From Naegleria gruberi (taxonomy: Eukaryota): a stretch of DNA of 1,680 bases. A program made the translations under genes and the position numbers. The notes under the pieces were generated by a model, which was not told where the DNA came from, did not search any database, and worked only from the letters and a program-made list of their open reading frames with translations. Below, one piece after another: positions 1 to 1,680 of this stretch. The stretch is from assembly GCA_000004985.1 (NCBI GenBank), contig GG739348.1; one strand, given 5' to 3'. Numbering within the stretch: position 1 is the first letter of the stretch; the number at the start of each line of letters is the position of its first letter.

Positions 1-520
1 GTAAAACAATGCTTTCATAGCTCGAGGCCCCTCCTTTTACACTAAAAAAAGAAATGACCTTCTCTGCCATCTCCTCATCCTCTATATCTTGTAAGAATCC
101 ATAGGCAAGATTGGCTTTGCATTTTACCAAAAGATCCATTACCCTCTCTCTATATGTTTCCAACCCAAATGCTTTTATCAATGAAACTAAACTCTCAGCA
201 TCCAAGTTATTGCCACTCGAGGAAACTCTCAGTAAATCTTTGGCTAGCTCGGTATTATTCAATTTAATGACATACTTGGTCACCAGGGTTTTTTTAAAAT
301 ATTTGTTTCGCAAAAACCTTGTAACAAAATCTGTAACTGTATCCAAAAGAGATGGATCTTGCTCGTACCGTGTCCACATATTTTCAAGTTCTTTCAAAGA
401 TTCTGTTTCTCCAATCTCCAGTGCCAATAAATGTTTGAAACGATTTGGACTAATTAAAATGCACGCACTGCTATACCACCTCGTTGCTCTTGCTCCTTCA
501 TTACCTGTATGTCCTTCGAA
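1..520 (-). CDS. Second exon of the same gene, continuing past the window edge. It encodes an unrecognised C-terminal region. The spliced protein reads ...AVSKSE|FEGHTGNEGARATRWYSSACILISPNRFKHLLALEIGETESLKELENMWTRYEQDPSLLDTVTDFVTRFLRNKYFKKTLVTKYVIKLNNTELAKDLLRVSSSGNNLDAESLVSLIKAFGLETYRERVMDLLVKCKANLAYGFLQDIEDEEMAEKVISFFSVKGGASSYESIVL...
   Basis: Seen: a minus-strand frame with codons 520-518, 517-515 and so on has no stop over 173 codons down to base 1. It has a balanced, protein-like composition with amphipathic, helix-like stretches. It is in phase with the upstream exon only if the 521-567 intron is removed. The supplied track missed it because it has no stop and no start inside the window. 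The plus-strand 138-aa ORF 111..527 is its antisense shadow. Confidence 0.55.
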
Positions 521-567
521 CTGTTAAAATTCTCAATAAATATATTGTTTAAACTTTTAAAACTTAC
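521..567 (-). other. Putative 47-nt phase-0 spliceosomal intron (GT...AG) of the minus-strand gene.
   Basis: Seen: the minus-strand sequence is GAG|GTAAGTTTTAAAAGTTTAAACAATATATTTATTGAGAATTTTAACAG|TTC. This gives a perfect GTAAGT donor, a T-rich tract and a CAG acceptor. Its length of 47 is not a multiple of 3. Removing it shifts from the oxygenase frame, which would otherwise hit TAA at 454-456, into a frame that is open for 173 further codons. That second frame has TAA (524-526) and TGA stops, but both lie inside the proposed intron. Donor and acceptor are both phase 0. Confidence 0.55.
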
Positions 568-1524
568 CTCGCTCTTTGAAACTGCAAGATTTTCCAATAT
601 ATTTTCTGGAATAATAATGTTTTTGGAGATTTTAAATCTTCTTTTGATTTCCTCATTTCCCTGCTCACCCACAACATGAGTGATGGCAAAACTTGGTTCT
701 GTCCAGAAATTATTATAACCACTTCCACCATCTTGTTGCTTTCTCATTATACCAAGCTTAATTCCAATACTGTTATATTTGGCATTGTATTGTTGGAGAA
801 GTTGCATTAGATTGCTATCTCTTCCTTTGAGGCAATCGTATTTCAATCCTTCTTCAGAATATTTGTGTTCCAAGAGGTAGCACAAGAATGGTGTTTCAGA
901 ATCCCAGTTTTCCACAATTGAATTCAAGTTTTCAAAATGTGCTGATCGATCTACAACTGTTGGCTTGATTCCAGAAGCATAACAAACATTATAAACTAGA
1001 CATAATCTGTATCCACTGGTCAACTTGGCCACCTTATGGTTACAATCACAATAAAAACTAAAGAAGAAAGGTTTAGATGAACCTTCTTTAGCAAACTCAT
1101 AAGTTTCCTCTGAATCAGCATGTTGAACAATAATTTCACCACCCGAATAAAGAGATGGCAACTGCACCACAAGAGTGGCAAACATTTTGTCTTCCTTTTC
1201 TGTATCTCTATGAAAATCGAAGTGTCCTCCTTCCTCATATAACAATAATTTGTACAAACTATTTCGAACAACAACACTCGAATGAATGCCAAGTCCAGGT
1301 TTCACTTGTTTCTCCACCAAATTATCTATATATTGCTTCCAATGTTGATTTGTAATTCTGAATTGTGAGGGAGACAATTGCCATGTTTTCCTCACTGTTT
1401 CATCATAAATTGTCTTATCACCCTGTCCAAAAGGAGCCTTTTCAAAATATTGAATAATTTCAAAAGCTTGATTCTTGGTAATAATTGGCAATCGGATTGG
1501 TTTATAAATCTTTGTATTAACATC
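568..1524 (-). CDS. Exon encoding a P4Hc/PHD-type 2-oxoglutarate/Fe(II)-dependent oxygenase domain. This is an internal or first-coding exon. The 5' boundary is unresolved, somewhere in 1491-1524. The 3' end is at the donor site at 568.
   Basis: Seen: an uninterrupted minus-strand frame runs from the in-frame TAA at 1527-1525 down to 568. The translation contains LYEEGGHFDFHRDTEKEDKMFATLVVQL, which fits the Y..G..F..H.D......R..T...YL strand-II pattern of prolyl-hydroxylase-like DSBH enzymes. The HRD His (H94) is the codon at 1210-1212 and the Asp (D96) is at 1204-1206. The translation also contains CDCNHKVAKLTSGYRLCLVYN, with the distal His (H152) at 1036-1038 and the 2OG-binding Arg (R162) at 1006-1008. 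The exon ends ...GCA GTT TCA AAG AGC GAG, immediately followed by GTAAGTTTT. There is no ATG between the upstream in-frame stop and the track's 'start' at 1489-1491, which is TTG. So the true N-terminus must come from an upstream exon or an acceptor inside 1492-1524. Codon usage (GGA, CCA, GAA, AAA, TTC) is coding-like. Confidence 0.7.
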
Positions 1525-1594
1525 TTAATTCCAATTATAATAATTAATTAATACTAAATTATAAATTATTTAAATATATGATTCCGTACTTTTA
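1525..1594. other. AT-rich non-coding spacer, either 5' flank or intron. It contains the 10-nt palindrome TAATTAATTA (1541-1550) and ends in a TTTTAG (1590-1595) acceptor-like motif on the plus strand.
   Basis: Seen: the segment is roughly 85% A+T. It has stops in the oxygenase frame (TAA at 1527-1525) and in the plus-strand acidic frame (TAA at 1571-1573). It has no coding-like periodicity. Confidence 0.5.
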
Positions 1595-1642
1595 GATGAT
1601 GATGATGAGGTAACTGTTGCTGCTGTCGATGATGATAATGAT
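1595..1642. repeat. Imperfect trinucleotide (GAT/ATG/TGA)n microsatellite. It has four GAT units plus GAG at 1595-1609, and a GAT GAT GAT AAT GAT cluster at 1628-1642.
   Basis: Seen directly in the sequence. It gives poly-Asp in one plus-strand frame, and poly-Ser or poly-His in the two open minus-strand frames. Confidence 0.7.
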
Positions 1643-1680
1643 GGCAATGAAGCCAAATCACAAAGTACTTCAATACCTGG
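1596..1680 (+). CDS. Possible plus-strand coding exon fragment, (D)DDDDEVTVAAVDDDNDGNEAKSQSTSIP..., following a TTTTAG acceptor and continuing off the window. The strand assignment is uncertain.
   Basis: Seen: the plus-strand frame with codons 1598-1600 and onward is open from 1574 to the window end and is preceded by TTTTAG|. It has no in-frame ATG. An ATG register starts at 1596 but terminates after 5 codons (ATG ATG ATG ATG AGG TAA). Two minus-strand frames are also open over the same low-complexity stretch, and one of them terminates with TAA at 1570-1572. So openness is not diagnostic here. Confidence 0.25.

Noticed and set aside
42-58. Intron-like GTCATTTCTTTTTTTAG on the minus strand, after GAG AAG, near the window edge.
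   Set aside because: It is only 17 nt, which is too short for a spliceosomal intron. The reading frame continues cleanly through it as ...EKVISFFSVKGG.... It is treated as coding.
289-295. T7 homopolymer on the plus strand (A7 on the coding strand, TTT AAA AAA ACC) inside exon 2.
   Set aside because: This is a potential slippage or sequencing-error hotspot, but the frame is intact on both sides. There is nothing unusual beyond a Lys-Lys codon pair.
450-504. Alternative intron using the donor CAG|GTAATG (503-504 on the plus scale) and the acceptor TTTTAATTAG| (450-453).
   Set aside because: Both sites look good individually. However the donor is phase 0 and the acceptor then forces the frame TCC AAA TCG ..., which hits TGA after 22 codons. 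The open 173-codon frame can only be entered in phase 0 via the CAG at 521-523.
111-527. Plus-strand 138-aa ORF (MALHFTKRSITLSLYVSNPNAF...).
   Set aside because: It lies entirely antisense to the long stop-free minus-strand frame of exon 2. Its composition is S/L/K-rich and low in complexity, which is typical of a shadow ORF opposite a real coding region. It has no motifs.
1155-1355. Plus-strand 66-aa ORF and the minus-strand 90-aa ORF (1020..1292), both nested in the oxygenase exon.
   Set aside because: Both overlap, in alternative frames, the region carrying the conserved H-x-D / DSBH motifs of the main frame. They are short, with Cys/His/Leu-rich compositions that look like junk. These are alternative-frame artefacts.
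454-1491. Taking the track ORF at face value as a complete 345-aa prokaryotic-style gene with a TTG start, followed by a second overlapping gene.
   Set aside because: There is no ATG. Downstream, the second frame would need to start inside the first gene with no start or RBS-like signal. The exact bracketing of all relevant stops by a canonical phase-matched GT...AG pair, plus the AT-rich spacer and TTTTAG motifs, favour a spliced eukaryotic gene. A giant-virus or prokaryotic origin cannot be fully excluded without a homology search.

Overview
This looks like an AT-rich eukaryotic locus, not a prokaryotic operon. The main feature is a minus-strand gene whose first exon in the window (about 568-1524) encodes a prolyl-4-hydroxylase/PHD-type 2-oxoglutarate/Fe(II) oxygenase domain with the H-x-D...H...R signature intact. 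The 345-aa ORF in the supplied track (454..1491) appears to be a mosaic. Its 'M' is a TTG codon, and its last 37 codons read through a 47-nt GTAAGTTT...TTTTAACAG intron (567..521). Splicing out that intron joins the oxygenase frame, in phase, to a second reading frame that stays open for 173 codons down to position 1 and continues off the window. That second exon encodes a C-terminal domain I do not recognise. Upstream of the oxygenase exon is an AT-rich non-coding spacer (1525-1594). Beyond it is a (GAT)n/acidic low-complexity segment (1595-1680) that is open in three frames, so its strand is ambiguous. The splice-signal style resembles nematode genes (47-nt intron, AG|GTAAGTTT donor, TTTTAG/TTTTAACAG acceptors), but that is only an inference from the sequence. 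No RNA genes, CRISPR arrays or mobile elements were detected. The three smaller ORFs in the track are shadow ORFs antisense to or inside the main gene.
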